Assembly: GCA_037447605.1 (NCBI GenBank)
Contig: CM074813.1
Location: 2,480,001-2,544,000 of the forward strand
DNA: 64,000 nucleotides
Origin: Zygnema circumcarinatum SAG 698-1b
Lineage: Eukaryota > Plantae > Zygnematophyceae
Direction: 5' to 3'
How positions within the stretch are numbered: position 1 is the first letter of the stretch; every line of letters starts with the position of its first letter. The notes beneath the pieces are model-generated. The model saw only the letters and a list, made by a program, of their open reading frames with translations. It was not told where the DNA came from and ran no database searches. Positions 21,557-33,329 of the stretch are shown here, piece after piece. The position numbers and the translations under genes were made by a program.

Positions 21557-24500
21557 ATGGCAGAGAGGTCTTCGGCACAGAGCTCGCATGGAACGGATTC
21601 TCCGTTTTTTTCTTTTCAAAGAAATGGCGAAGGTTTGCTGAATATGCCTGCTGGGTTGTCCTTTCCCACTGTCGTTGGAAAAGCAAACCTTGGTCATCAG
21701 AACGGAAAAAGTCCGGCTACCAGAAGGAGACGCGCGAGGATGGCGTCTTCTGTTCTTGCGGGAAACTTTCCGACGGCGAAGCAGACATTTCCCTGCAATA
21801 CAAGTGCCATTCAGAAGAATTTCGAAGAACTGCGTGTGGCCGACCCTACAACTTCTGCTGCTCCAGCTGTAGGTCAAGCTGCTGTTCCAGCTGTAGGTCA
21901 AGCTGCTGCTCCAGCTGCAGGTTTTGTGTTTGGCGCAGGGGTCTCACAGGGCCATGCAACTGCTTCCACTGGGCAGTCGGCTGTAGCCAGCGCAGATCAG
22001 GAAAGTTCTGGACGTTCATTCGGTGAACCCTTCAAGAGCGTGTTTTTTGCTGCGCCAGCTGTTCCAGTTGGCCAACCAGGACGAGTTCCAAACGAATTTT
22101 CAAACGTAAGACAGGATAGCGGAGCAGGGATAGCCACAACTAAGCAGAAACAATTTTCCTTTTCGGGAAGCGTTTCTCCCCAAGTGCCTCTGTTTTCTGC
22201 GTTTCCCAATGGCTTTGGAATAACCGACTTAAGTCAGCAGAATGGCAAGACTGCGCCGACTTTTTCATCTGCTGCAGTGTCCAGGAGCGACACTGCAGTA
22301 TCTTTTATTGGTGTGGAGAGAAGGCGGAAGCCAGGGCCTGAAGTTGAGGCTGATACAACCAGTATCCAGAAAGGCATGAGAGAGTTGCGTGTGGGGAATT
22401 CGACCACCGCTGCAGAACCAGCTAGTCGCGTCGTTTATACATCAGGGGTGAAGGATCCTCGTGCATTACCCCGGAATGGGCTGTCTACGGTAGCCAGTGC
22501 CGATCAAGAAAATTCAGGAATTTCTGGCGTTCCTCAAAACTTGCCCTCAAGGAGTTCAGGTGGAGCTAAAGAGCCAATTGCGACAGCTGCCTGCCCTGGA
22601 CCTATTCCAAACCAAATTCCACCTGTACGACAGGAAAGCGATGCAGGGGTAGCCGCAACTTTGAAGCCCACGTTTTCTTTTTTGGGGGATGTTTCTACTC
22701 AAGGGTTTACCGTGGTAAACAACCCCATATTCTCCTCCCCTCCTAAAGCTCCTGATGGTGGACGTGATGGCAGTGGCAAGGGTGCATCGCCGCTGCAAAG
22801 GCGGCGAACACGAGTTCCGCCTAGACGAAGCCGTAGAAGCCCACGGAGATCGGATGCAGCTGCAACCCAGAGCAGTTTGGCAGGGCCTTCCTTCTCGAAT
22901 CCTGGAATTGGCTCTCCAAGCCCGTTCGTTGACTTGCAGGACGACTCCTTAGACATGGGATCTCCAATGGATTTGTCACCTGTAAGGCCTGAGGAGGACG
23001 ATGATGTCATTGCCTTTCCTCAGAAAGATGAGAAGCAGGAACAGGAAGATAAAAAGCAGGAGCAGCCTGAAGTGAACGTAAGGAGTCTGCGATCCGAACA
23101 ACAAGAACGTTTGGAGCGTAACATCAGGCCTCGTGAACCGGAAGGCAATATTCCAGCTGTCAATTCCAGTGTAAAGAATGGCAAACATGAAGAGCTCAGT
23201 CAATCCAGGGCTGAAAGTGGAGGAGCCTTTCTCGGAGACATGAAAGCTCCGCAATTCAACCTCGGAGCAGGTGGGAGTTCTACTCCTGTTGGAGCAAATC
23301 CACTTGGGAGTTCTGGAATCCGAAAGCATTTTTCGCGGAGGCTCCATAGTGCAGTCAGTCCTCAAAGGAAAAAGAATCAGCCATCATGGCCTACAAACTC
23401 TGAAGCTCCACTTGCAAGTCAAGATCGGCTGCACACTACTTTCTCACTGAAAAAGCAGTCAGGTGGAACAGTTCCCGCAAACGCAACTGGTGATGCAGCT
23501 GGCGGCTCGGAGAAATTTGGTCACGCATCGGCAGGGGGAATGAATAGCAAGATTTCGGGAGCATCGGTTGCAGGAGGGTCAGGAAGTGGAGCAAACTTTA
23601 GCTCTCCTTCAGATTCTAGCTTTTTGCTGGTACAGAAAAATTGGGATTCGTGGAAAGAAAAGTAAGTTTTCGTTCCTTTTCCAATTTAGATTTTGTTGGT
23701 CTTCAAATTTGCTAGTGATAAGAGAATTCATGTACTAGACTATCATACTTGTGACATTATGAGAATATGCCTCCGTCTCTAAATTTGTTGCAAGGTTTCC
23801 TGCTGAAGGATGAAGAGAGATTGAGGACTTGGTCCTCTATCTTTCTCCATGCTTAATGGCACGGTGTGCTTTCATTTTTGTCTTTGACCAGTGTAGTGTT
23901 GGTGCTGACTCGCTTGATTGTGGCTACAGGGGAAATACTGCACACAATGCCAAGAAATTTGCGAAAGCAGAGGAGTACTATACTCGAGGGCTTCAGAGTG
24001 TGGAGCAGTATGGCAACATTGGCAAGAGTGCCGCCATGGCTGCAATATTTCGGAGCAACCGCGCAGCATCGCGTGTGAATATGGGACGCTTGAAGGAGGC
24101 ACTGGAGGATTGTCGGATGGCAATAAACTCCGACTCTACATACTCAAAAGCACGACTTCGAGCAGCAAGGTATGTTCATAACGAATCAGCTGAACATGAC
24201 GTACTTGATCACCTATCGCCAAAATGTAGTAAATGAAAAGAGTGAGAAACGAAAAAACGTAATGTATTTTCGCTGTTAACAGCCACTCTTCAAGGCAGCG
24301 CAGGCAGGCTTCCTTTTCCTTCTTTTTCGGCGTCATATGCTCGATCGCCCATTTTTGCAACAAAACTTCAACGATAAGGCTACTCAACTGATACCACCAC
24401 TCTAATATTTTCAATGATTTGAGTTTAGGCTAACTCCATATTGCGTGTTGGTGCTTGCCTTTCTTCAAATGCACAGCTGTTATTTAATGGTTGGAAACAC

Positions 24501-27500
24501 GCAAGCAGCGGCTGTATATCTCGAGGAGTGCCAAAGGCAGCAGGACGGGCAAACCTTTGATCCCAAAATAGCGGAAGATGCGACCGACCTTTGGAAGCGT
24601 CTCCGAATAGTGGAGACCTCATTGGCCCGAACCCAAGAGCTTATGAAAGGGGGGGTCAACGGAGCTGCGGATTATTCGGCAGCTTTGAATGTCATCAATG
24701 AGGGGATGAATGTGGCAGGACATTGCGAGCAGTTTTTCTTCCTTAAAGCGCAATCGCTCCTTGCGGTGAGTGCGGCTAGTCTTTTGACGCATAGGTTAAG
24801 TTTTTTAAGTTTTCAATGGTCACGGTTAAGCGTCTAAGTTGTGCTGTTCTGGAATGTTTTTCCTCGTCAACATTCACAGATCATTGTTAGGATGATTTTT
24901 TACATATGCCTTGTCACAGTTGTATTCAAGGATAGCAGAAGATTTGATGGTCCGATCTGTACTTCGTAGTTTTTGATATGAGTAAGTGAGCGTGGATGTG
25001 CGAAGTAAATTTCGCCTTTTATGAGTCGCTGCCTTTATATGTCCATCTAATCACCTAATCGACCCAAAAAAATTGCAAACCTGGTGTCTCTGATTGTAAT
25101 CCTTCCCCAGCCATTCTAGCTAAAGGGTTTCAAAAGTTTCTCAACGGTGAACTGCTGTGGACCTTCTTCCTATCTGCAAGCCTTCGGTTTCGATAGAGTG
25201 TCTGTCCCCTTTGCTTCAACACCTATTGAGTTTGTCGTAATTTTTACCCAGCCTTATTTTCCATGAACGAATTGTGCAGCTGAGAAGATACGAAGATGTT
25301 CTGCGACTCTGCGAGGAATCCTTGGACTTGGCTGCGAGCAATTCCTCTCTCGGACCCAATGCGGGGGAGGAGGGTGCGCTTAGCTCTGCAATGCGGGCCA
25401 AAACTTGGAGGTGGTGGATGCAGGGGAAGGCTTTGTTCTGTATGGGGAAAATGGAGGAATCTCTCGAGGTGTTGGCGAAGGTGGAGGAGGATCGAGGTTC
25501 AAGCAGGTATATCTCCATGGTTGACAAATCTGCGTCTGCAGTAGATGAGTGTATGCGTAATTACGTTTGAGACAAGGGTTCAGACATGTTGCATGTGTTA
25601 AAATGGACTTCAGGGATGCCAGAGAGGGTCAAACGAAGGAAAAAGAAAAAAAAAACAAAAGAAATGGAGGAAACATGTTTTGTAGGTGGGGGGTAGCTAT
25701 AGTGCACCGGCTCACCTGCCTAGAATCTGAAGAAAATTACGAAATGAGTGGAACTCCTCGCTTAGCAGTTAAATTTTCTCATTTTCTCCCTCTCTCCCAG
25801 ATTTCGTTTGTGCTCCTTCCCTTCTCGTTCTTCTTATCTTCTTAATTTGTTGCTTATGGGTATGCAGAAATGGCCAAATTGGAGAGGGCAAGGAGAAGGA
25901 TGCGCGAGATTTGGCAGCAGCCATTCAAGAGCTTTTGGGGCATAAGGTGCGACAAACCACTAGATTATATGCAAAATTATATGTAATTGGGAAGAATTAT
26001 CATTCCAGTGGTTATGGCATTGGTAGAGGGGTGAGCATAATAAATTTGGACGAAGCTGTGTGAAAGCTTGGCATGCAAGCGCAAAAACTAGTTCTTTTTG
26101 GTCGTTTCTAGTAAATTTGTAAAATAGGTGACAATTGCATCATCTGACTGCAGCTATCAGCCACGAAAATTCTTCACACTTCCTTCTCCTCTCAAAGCTT
26201 TTGGAGACTGAGGACTTAAATGTTTCAGTGAGTCTGTTAACCTATTCCCGTTATCCATCATCATCCCTCATCACTTGATGTTACGAATGTTGATTGTGAT
26301 GCAGATGGCAGGCAACGCTGCCTTTCAAGCAAAGAACCATGTAAAAGCCGTTGAACATTATTCTGCTGCTTTGGCTGCAACCCTTATCCGTGAATCTCGC
26401 CCGTTCAATGCAATCATCTTTTGCAATAGAGCGGCAGCGAGCCAAGCATTGGGCCACATATCGGATGCCATTGCGGATTGCAGCCGAGCCATAGCTCTCG
26501 ATCCCAAGTATGCGAAGGTGAGAACTTGCTAAACCATTGCTAAACCATGCAGCTTGCTGCCTTCTTCTTCTTCGTCTTCTTCTTCATCTTCTTCTTCTTC
26601 TTCTTCTTCTTCTTCTTCTTCTTCTTCTCCTTCGTCTTCTTCTTCTTCCTCTTCTTCTTCTTCTTCGTCTTCTCCTTCTTCTTCTTCTTCTTCTTCTTCT
26701 TCTTCGTCTTCTTCTTCTTCTACTTCTTCTTCGTCTTCTTCTTCTTCTACTTCTTCTTCTTCTTCTTCTTCTTCTACTTCGTCTTCTTCTACTTCGTCTT
26801 CCTCTTCGTCTTCTACTTCTTCCTCTTCTTCTTCTTTCTTCTTCTTGGATTGAGAGGATGGATTGGGTGACTGACGAAACTGTATAAAAACTTCGTATGA
26901 AAAAATTTCAGGCTCTATCTCGCCGAGCGACCTTGTATGAGACAATTAGGGATTACAGTCAAGTGGTTGCGGACCTTCAACGGCTTGTTGGGCTCATGGA
27001 GCAGAGCGGCAGCTCATCCTTTGCAGGGCAGCTCCAATATAACTCTGAAATTTCTCAAGCACGGGATCGATTGAGCAAAGCGGAGACCGAGTTTAAGAAA
27101 GAACATCCGCTAGATCATTATCTCCTTTTGTAAGTTGTTGCTTCGCTTTATACGTAATGGGTATATATTGTTCAATTGCCAATGTTTGATTGAAGGGAAT
27201 CTGATCTTGGTATCGTTTGAATGGAATGTTTCCTCTTCAGGGGAGTCCCATCTACTGCTGCAGAAAGTGAGATAAAAAAAGCGTATCGCAAAGCAGCTCT
27301 GAGACATCACCCGGATAAGGTAACACCGAGCAATGGCAGATGAACTTTTTTCTTGGTGAAAAGCCACATGAAAAAGGATTGCGAAAAGGGGACTTTGACG
27401 CTACTTTCCATTTTCTTTTTGTGTCTTTTGAATGGAATTCAGGTTGGCCAGCTGCTGGTTCGAAGTGAGTCTGATGCCGATGGCAGTTTTTGGAAAGATG

Positions 27501-27962
27501 TGAGTGAAGTGGTCCAGAAAGAAGCTGCACCTCTCTTCAAGCTTATCGGAGAAAGCTATGCGATTTTGTCGGACACTTCCAAGGTACACACAACACCTCC
27601 ATTTGTATGTCATGTGCAGAGAAAGCATCATATATGTGTTTGAATCGGAAAAGAGAAATTGCTCCATTTTCGCAAACAATGGTTCATTCTTGCTCCTAGG
27701 CTTGAGCACTGTGAGCAGCAGCTGATGATGATTCAAAAGAGACTTGTTGTTTTGGCAACTCCCGCATTTATTTATGCGAAACGGCGTCTGTTCACTTGTG
27801 CAGAGGCAAAAGTATGATGCAGAAGAGCAGCTCAGGAAACTGAGGAACGGCGATTCATCATCTGTTAATAATGCTTACATGTTCCCTCGAACGGGCCGGA
27901 GGACACGAGATTGGGATGGAGGACAGGAATATGCGAACAATGTGAGCCAAAACTCTGCATGA
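21557..27962 (+). CDS. TPR-repeat DnaJ protein (DNAJC7-like, plant TPR15/TPR16 type) with long low-complexity N-terminus
   Basis: 2.1-kb first exon. TPRs GNTAHNAKKFAKAEEYYTRG, SNRAASRVNMG and CNRAAASQALG. J-domain DHYLLL|...EIKKAYRKAALRHHPDK|...LFKLIGESYAILSD. TGA ends at 27962. Confidence 0.92.
26561..26846. repeat. ~290-bp interrupted (TTC)n microsatellite inside an intron of the TPR-DnaJ gene
   Basis: Lies between donor AAG|GTGAGA (26518) and acceptor TTCAG|GCT (26911). Confidence 0.95.
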
Positions 27963-28242
27963 ATACATAACATAAGCCTAGCTACCTTCAATGTAGAGAA
28001 AAAAAAAGATTTCTTTCATGGGATTTGTTGAGAGCATGAGAGCTATAACACCCTTTGCTTCAATCTGACTATGTGCTTCTCTATTATCTGTTATGTTATC
28101 TGTGACGCAGCGGGGCCAAGGGGCTTCCTATGCGGAGTCCTCCCACAACAGGAGGTCGCGGCCCTATTTTCAAACTTCCTCAAGTCGCCGGCCGGGGGAT
28201 GGAGCAGGCTATGGCGCCTATGACTGGGACGACCTCTAGGGG

Positions 28243-28250
<8 letters not shown>

Positions 28251-28282
<32 letters not shown>

Positions 28283-28304
28283 GAGAGAGAGAGAGAGAGA
28301 GAGA
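28251..28304. repeat. (GA)n microsatellite
   Basis: Direct reading; one GT interruption. Confidence 0.95.
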
Positions 28305-29134
28305 CTGTAGAGAGTGTTTTTGGTAGAGAAATCATCCTTCACGGTATTCAATTTTCCTAAGAACTTGCAGCTTTCAGGTATTCTTTCCGTGGTAGGTCAA
28401 ACCGGAGACCGGCCAAATCAGTCAGTCAGTCAGTCAGTCAGTCAGTGGGGGGACCTTTTAGGAGCCGCTAAGTGCAGCCGGTTCAAGTTCAAGGCGACAT
28501 CAGAAAGTTAGGGTTAGGGTCGAGAGCTGACTGACATGCATAGCTCAAGGACTCAGTTTCGAATCATTTTTTTTTTTTCGCCATCGTAGAGAGCAACGGC
28601 AGTGCAAAAAGAGCGCTGTGCGAGTGCTTGTTGTGGTTTTAATGTTTTTTTTTTTTTTTTCTATGAAGGAAATTGTGAAGGTTGGTATTGCATATGCTTT
28701 CCCTTTTAATTTCACTGGAGTGAGTAATTTTGATGGAGTGTACTTTTGAACACCCCGTAGCACTAGTCTCACGTAACACCACGTCTTTTTTTAAAATTTC
28801 TTTTTGTTAATGTTTTCAGATATCTTCTTGTGAAATGGTTTCATTTTTTCAGGTCGTTTTAAAAATGGTTTTATTTTTTCAGGTCGTTTTTTAAAAATGG
28901 TTTTATTTTTTCTAGGATGAATTTTCAGTCTTAGTCTGTCCGAAATTATTTTTCAAAACGGCGCCCGAGAGGGGGCCCACGGTCGCTGTGTTCCGGTTCC
29001 TGCTTGGACACGCTGGACGTCCACTTGGCATGGGCTGCAACAATACCACGACCATGCTGGTGATCGACCCACCCCCACCGTCCGATCACACTCCACATGC
29101 TGCTATCGACGGTTAGAATCCCTCACATCCGTTA

Positions 29135-29408
29135 CACGTGGTATATCCAACGGTCAGAAATCAAGAAGCTCGCAGTCGGCCATCCAACGGTCAGTTTCCT
29201 AAACTGTACACGTGGACTATCCAACGGTCGTAATCTTCGGCACTCTCTTTTGTGCCACGTTTCGAGCCTCGGGGCCGTAGCAGACATGCTACACGCCGGC
29301 GGGTTTTCTGAGTGCCACGTGGCAGCGTCGGGGGCAGGCGAGGGGGCCATGGCGCGTGCCTCGTCTGCTTGGCGGACTGCAGGAGAGGGTCGCACTGCCT
29401 GCCACGTG
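29135..29408 (+). promoter_or_regulatory. Cluster of G-box/ABRE and MSA-like motifs upstream of the SDR gene
   Basis: CACGTG at 29135 and 29209; TGCCACGTGGCA at 29313-29324; GCCACGTG at 29401; TCCAACGGTC(A/G) at 29146, 29183 and 29220. Confidence 0.5.
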
Positions 29409-29713
29409 ACAGCCGCCATGGGCGAGTTTCTGCATGGGCCCCTCCTGGGTGCAGGGGATCGCGGGGGCTCCATTTCTGGAGCTTTCCGGTCGATCGACGC
29501 CCGCAAGGGGTCTGGCGGCGGGTTGGGGTTGTTTTTTTTCGTGTGGAACTCAGGTCCTGGATCTAAGCAGAGGAGGAAGTCGAGGAGGGAGGAGGAGAGG
29601 GAAGGTTTCGGGGAGAAGGAGAGGGAGAGAGGAGAGAGCGAGAGGAAGAGAGAGTGAGGAGAGAAGAAGTGAGTGGAAAGGAGAGGGAGGAAGGATAGAA
29701 GGATTTGCAAGCC

Positions 29714-32173
29714 ATGGGTCTCGGGTTGTACTGGCTGCTGAACAGGATTTTGGACTACGTCATTCCTCCGCTCGCCATATTCGCTCTGCTTGTTTGGGCT
29801 CCACTTTTGGCGGCATACAATGTTGTGGCTCAGTTTGTGAGAGGACTGGTTGGTGCTTCCAGCGCCAACAAAGTGGTGCTCATAACCGGCGCTTCGTCTG
29901 GCATTGGCGAGGTAGGATGCGTTATATTATATGTACGAGTGTATATTGCATTATATTATTGTAAATTGTCTTATATTGTAAGAGTGTATATGCGTATTCA
30001 CGCAAGTAGGAAAGCTTGCTTCTGCAAGCCTACACCTGAAGTCTCTCCGTTTCCTTATGTCAAGCAATGAATATGACTGCTGATTTTTCGCAACGCTTGT
30101 GTTTGCTGAACAGAATGTTGCCTACGAATATGCACGCCGGGCTGCTCGACTTGTGCTCGTAGCTCGGCGGAAGGAAAGGTTGGCGGCTGTAGCCGAGCAG
30201 TGCAAGCGCTTCGGTGCACAGGCGGCGGAATATGTGGTTGCGGACACGGGCAAAGAGGAGGGCTGCCGAAAAGCAGTCGAAGAGACCATCTCCAAGTTTG
30301 ACAGCCGTGCGTCACTCCAAAGAGCAATTGAGTGGTTCTATGTCGCTATATTTTTGTTACGTATTCAATCTGTTTGTTGCGGTTGAAGATTAGGAAGGAT
30401 AACTGACGAGGGTAGAACAAGTCGTGGGCTACCTTGTTTGGCTAGGCAGGAAAACATGCTTGATGATTTGGCTATTGAGATTGAACGATGTTGGCCGGTG
30501 TAGCCCCACTGAGACATGTAGCAGCCTCGCTTAATTTTGACTTCAAGAGCTGGTCGTATTATGTACGGTGAATAACCTTTGTCAAATCTGGATGTGCTTT
30601 CAGTCGACATCTTGGTCTTAAACGCTGGAGTTGGCCAGGCCCACCTGTTTTCGCAGACAGAGAGCGTAGACGTGCTTCATCATACGGTGGTAAGGCTTGC
30701 CTGAAAAGGCATTTTTCGTTTAGGATTACGGCTTGCAGCTGAGCTGGACCTGCCCACGTTGGCGAACGAAAAAATAAATTCATATTGTATTGATGACCCA
30801 AATAATTAATTCTTCATTTTTTTCTTTTCTGCCATTTGAAGGATATTAATTTTTGGGGCTATGTCTACACGGCGCTTCACGCTTTGCCTCATCTGAAGAG
30901 GACTCGAGGAACGATAATTGTGAACTCGTCAATAGCAGGATTCACGCCCTTCGCTCGCCATTCAATTTACGGGGTATGATTCAATCCTGGTTGGCTTACA
31001 CTCTGCTAAGAATGAAAAGTTGGAATGAGCTCTCTTCTCTGTTCTCGCCTCCAGCTTATTATTTTCGGTTCCTTATCTTTAGAACTGTGTAGAGTGTCAA
31101 TGTTATGCAAAACCGTCACTAGAAGGTTAGATGAGTGTACAGGGGTGGACTATGAAAATGATGCAGACAAATTTTGTTGCTCGGGCGCTGCAGGCCTCCA
31201 AAGCAATGGTCACGCAGTTTTTTGACACTCTGAGGGTGGAGATAATGGATCAAGTGCACATCTTCATAGCTTTTCCGGGCCCTGTGGCCTCTGAGCTGAC
31301 AGCTGGCAAAGTGATGAAGGAGCATGGTCGTCTGGAAATCGATCAGGACCGCAGAGATGTAAGGGTTTCACCTTTCCATGTACGCTGAACTAGATGGATG
31401 AACTAGACATTTTTTATGTTCAGATTGGTAACATATGCTCACTTTTGTTTTCGAAAAATTGCTTAATTTTGCTGAACCTGCAAATTGGCATGGCCTAGGC
31501 TGATATAGCTTCACTTAATAAGTCCGGAGCCGTGTTTGTCCCTTTGCACGAGCTGTTGCTTAAGTGTTGATTTCGTTGTTCCGAAATTTCTGGTGAAAGG
31601 CGCTAGGCATGAAATGCACGACTCACCTAACTGCATGATTAGTAAGGATTTGGCTTATCCTTACTATGGAACATGACAAAAGAACCCATTTCCTGTCTGC
31701 TAATCAATAAAAAACGTAAAAAAAGAGTGTGGCTGAAACATGCCGGACAGTTCCGGTACCGTCCTTATTGATGTATAGCTGTGAATTGTCTTGTGGCTTT
31801 TGCTAATGAACAAATGTTTCAAATCCTCGTTGTTGGATATGGTCAGGAACTCATTGGACCTCAGCCCATGTTGGACACATCCATCGCTGCGAAAGTGATG
31901 GTGAACTCTGCAGAGCGCCGCATGCGCTATCGCATCCTCCCCATTTGGACATCCTTGTTCCTCCTCTATCGCATATTTGCGCCGGAGTTTCTGTTTCTAA
32001 ACTTCGCCCTCGGCCAGATGCCATGGAGCGAGGAGGAAGTGCCTCCAACGAAGCAGATGATTGACAAGATTCAGGGTCAGCAGTGGCTTTACAAGCAACC
32101 CGGGCAGACCGGGGAGCAGGCACAAGAGGCTGTGGGCGCCACTGCAGGCCAAAAGAGTGAAGAGCAGAAGTAG
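29714..32173 (+). CDS. Short-chain dehydrogenase, 11-beta-hydroxysteroid dehydrogenase / steroleosin-like
   Basis: N-terminal hydrophobic anchor VIPPLAIFALLVWAPLL; KVVLITGASSGIGE; LVLVARRKERL; DILVLNAGV; DINFWGYVY; catalytic SIYG|ASK (YxxxK); SELTAGK...DQDRRD. Confidence 0.9.
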
Positions 32174-33329
32174 AAGCAGAAGCAGTCGGCCACTGTAGGA
32201 GTACAGGGTGCCAGTGAGGGGCGTGGTCCTCAGATGTGAATAGGGTGCAGGGTTACGCGAGGACATATTAAATTAGGGTCATGTGTACGCTGAACTGATG
32301 TTGAGGGAACCTGAGAATAGCTGAGACTGAAGCTGGATAGCACCGTATCGTCTGCAACTGGCGGCTGTGTTAGGAGTGCTGTGTCTGTCTGCCATGGTTC
32401 TGACTGGAAGAAAGTACTTTGTCTCTCTAGGCACGAGCGAGACATGAATGAATGTGTGGAAGCCAAAGCCCTAAAAATTACAAAATCCTGAAACGGACGG
32501 CTCGTGTGCCAGCGGTTGCAGAGGGTCGGCACTTCCGTCACGGTTGCGAGACGGTGCAACGGAGGCAACAACCTCACAGACGGAGGCAGAGTTGGCCTCA
32601 GCTCGCGGTGCGGCGGCCACAGTGGACCCCATCCACCGCCATGTGAAGCCGCCATAACAATGGTCCCGGGAAAAGAACCTAGAAACCTTGAAAAGCTTTC
32701 AGTTTTGAGGATTGATAGTCAGGACATCTAGAAACTTCGCTTACATTTTTCGCAATGAACCTGTTCAGTGGAGTCCAACCTTTGAAATAGTCGCTCAGTC
32801 CTTTGAAACACGCTCGGTAGGAAACATCCGTTGCAAAGAACCCTTTCTAGAGAACAAACAGCAATGATGACAGTCATTTTTCGCTGATCTGCAATTCGCC
32901 CTTTCCCCGGGCCACCTCACTGGCTAGGGTGCTATGAAGTGGTCCTGTTGTGCTCTTACTGCTTTTGAGTTTTCCAAAGGAGAAAAAGGGTCGCTATCTC
33001 TTTAAAAAAAAAACAACGAGCTGCTCCAAAACTTGATTCCAACCCACGACAGCAGAATGCGATACCCAAGAAAGAATGAAGAACCACGTAACCGAATGAG
33101 GAACCAAAAAACCCTCGTCCTTCCTCCGCTCGTCCTCCCCCCCGCCTCCGCCTTCGTATGGCTGCAGCTCTTCTCCTTGAGTCACCGCAAGAGGTACAGC
33201 CGTGGGCGACTAAAAACCACAACTTCCCTATGTCCAATAAAAATAATGGAGAATATCTACGCCGTGAACCCTGCATGTTTCACCTACTAACTCGAGTTGT
33301 CCCATGCCAAGCTCGTGAAGGAAAGGAAA

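Noticed and set aside
26529-26945. Poly-Glu/Ser/Phe/Leu ORFs
   Set aside because: Translations of the intronic TTC tract. The flanking TPR exons join in phase (KYAK|ALSRR).
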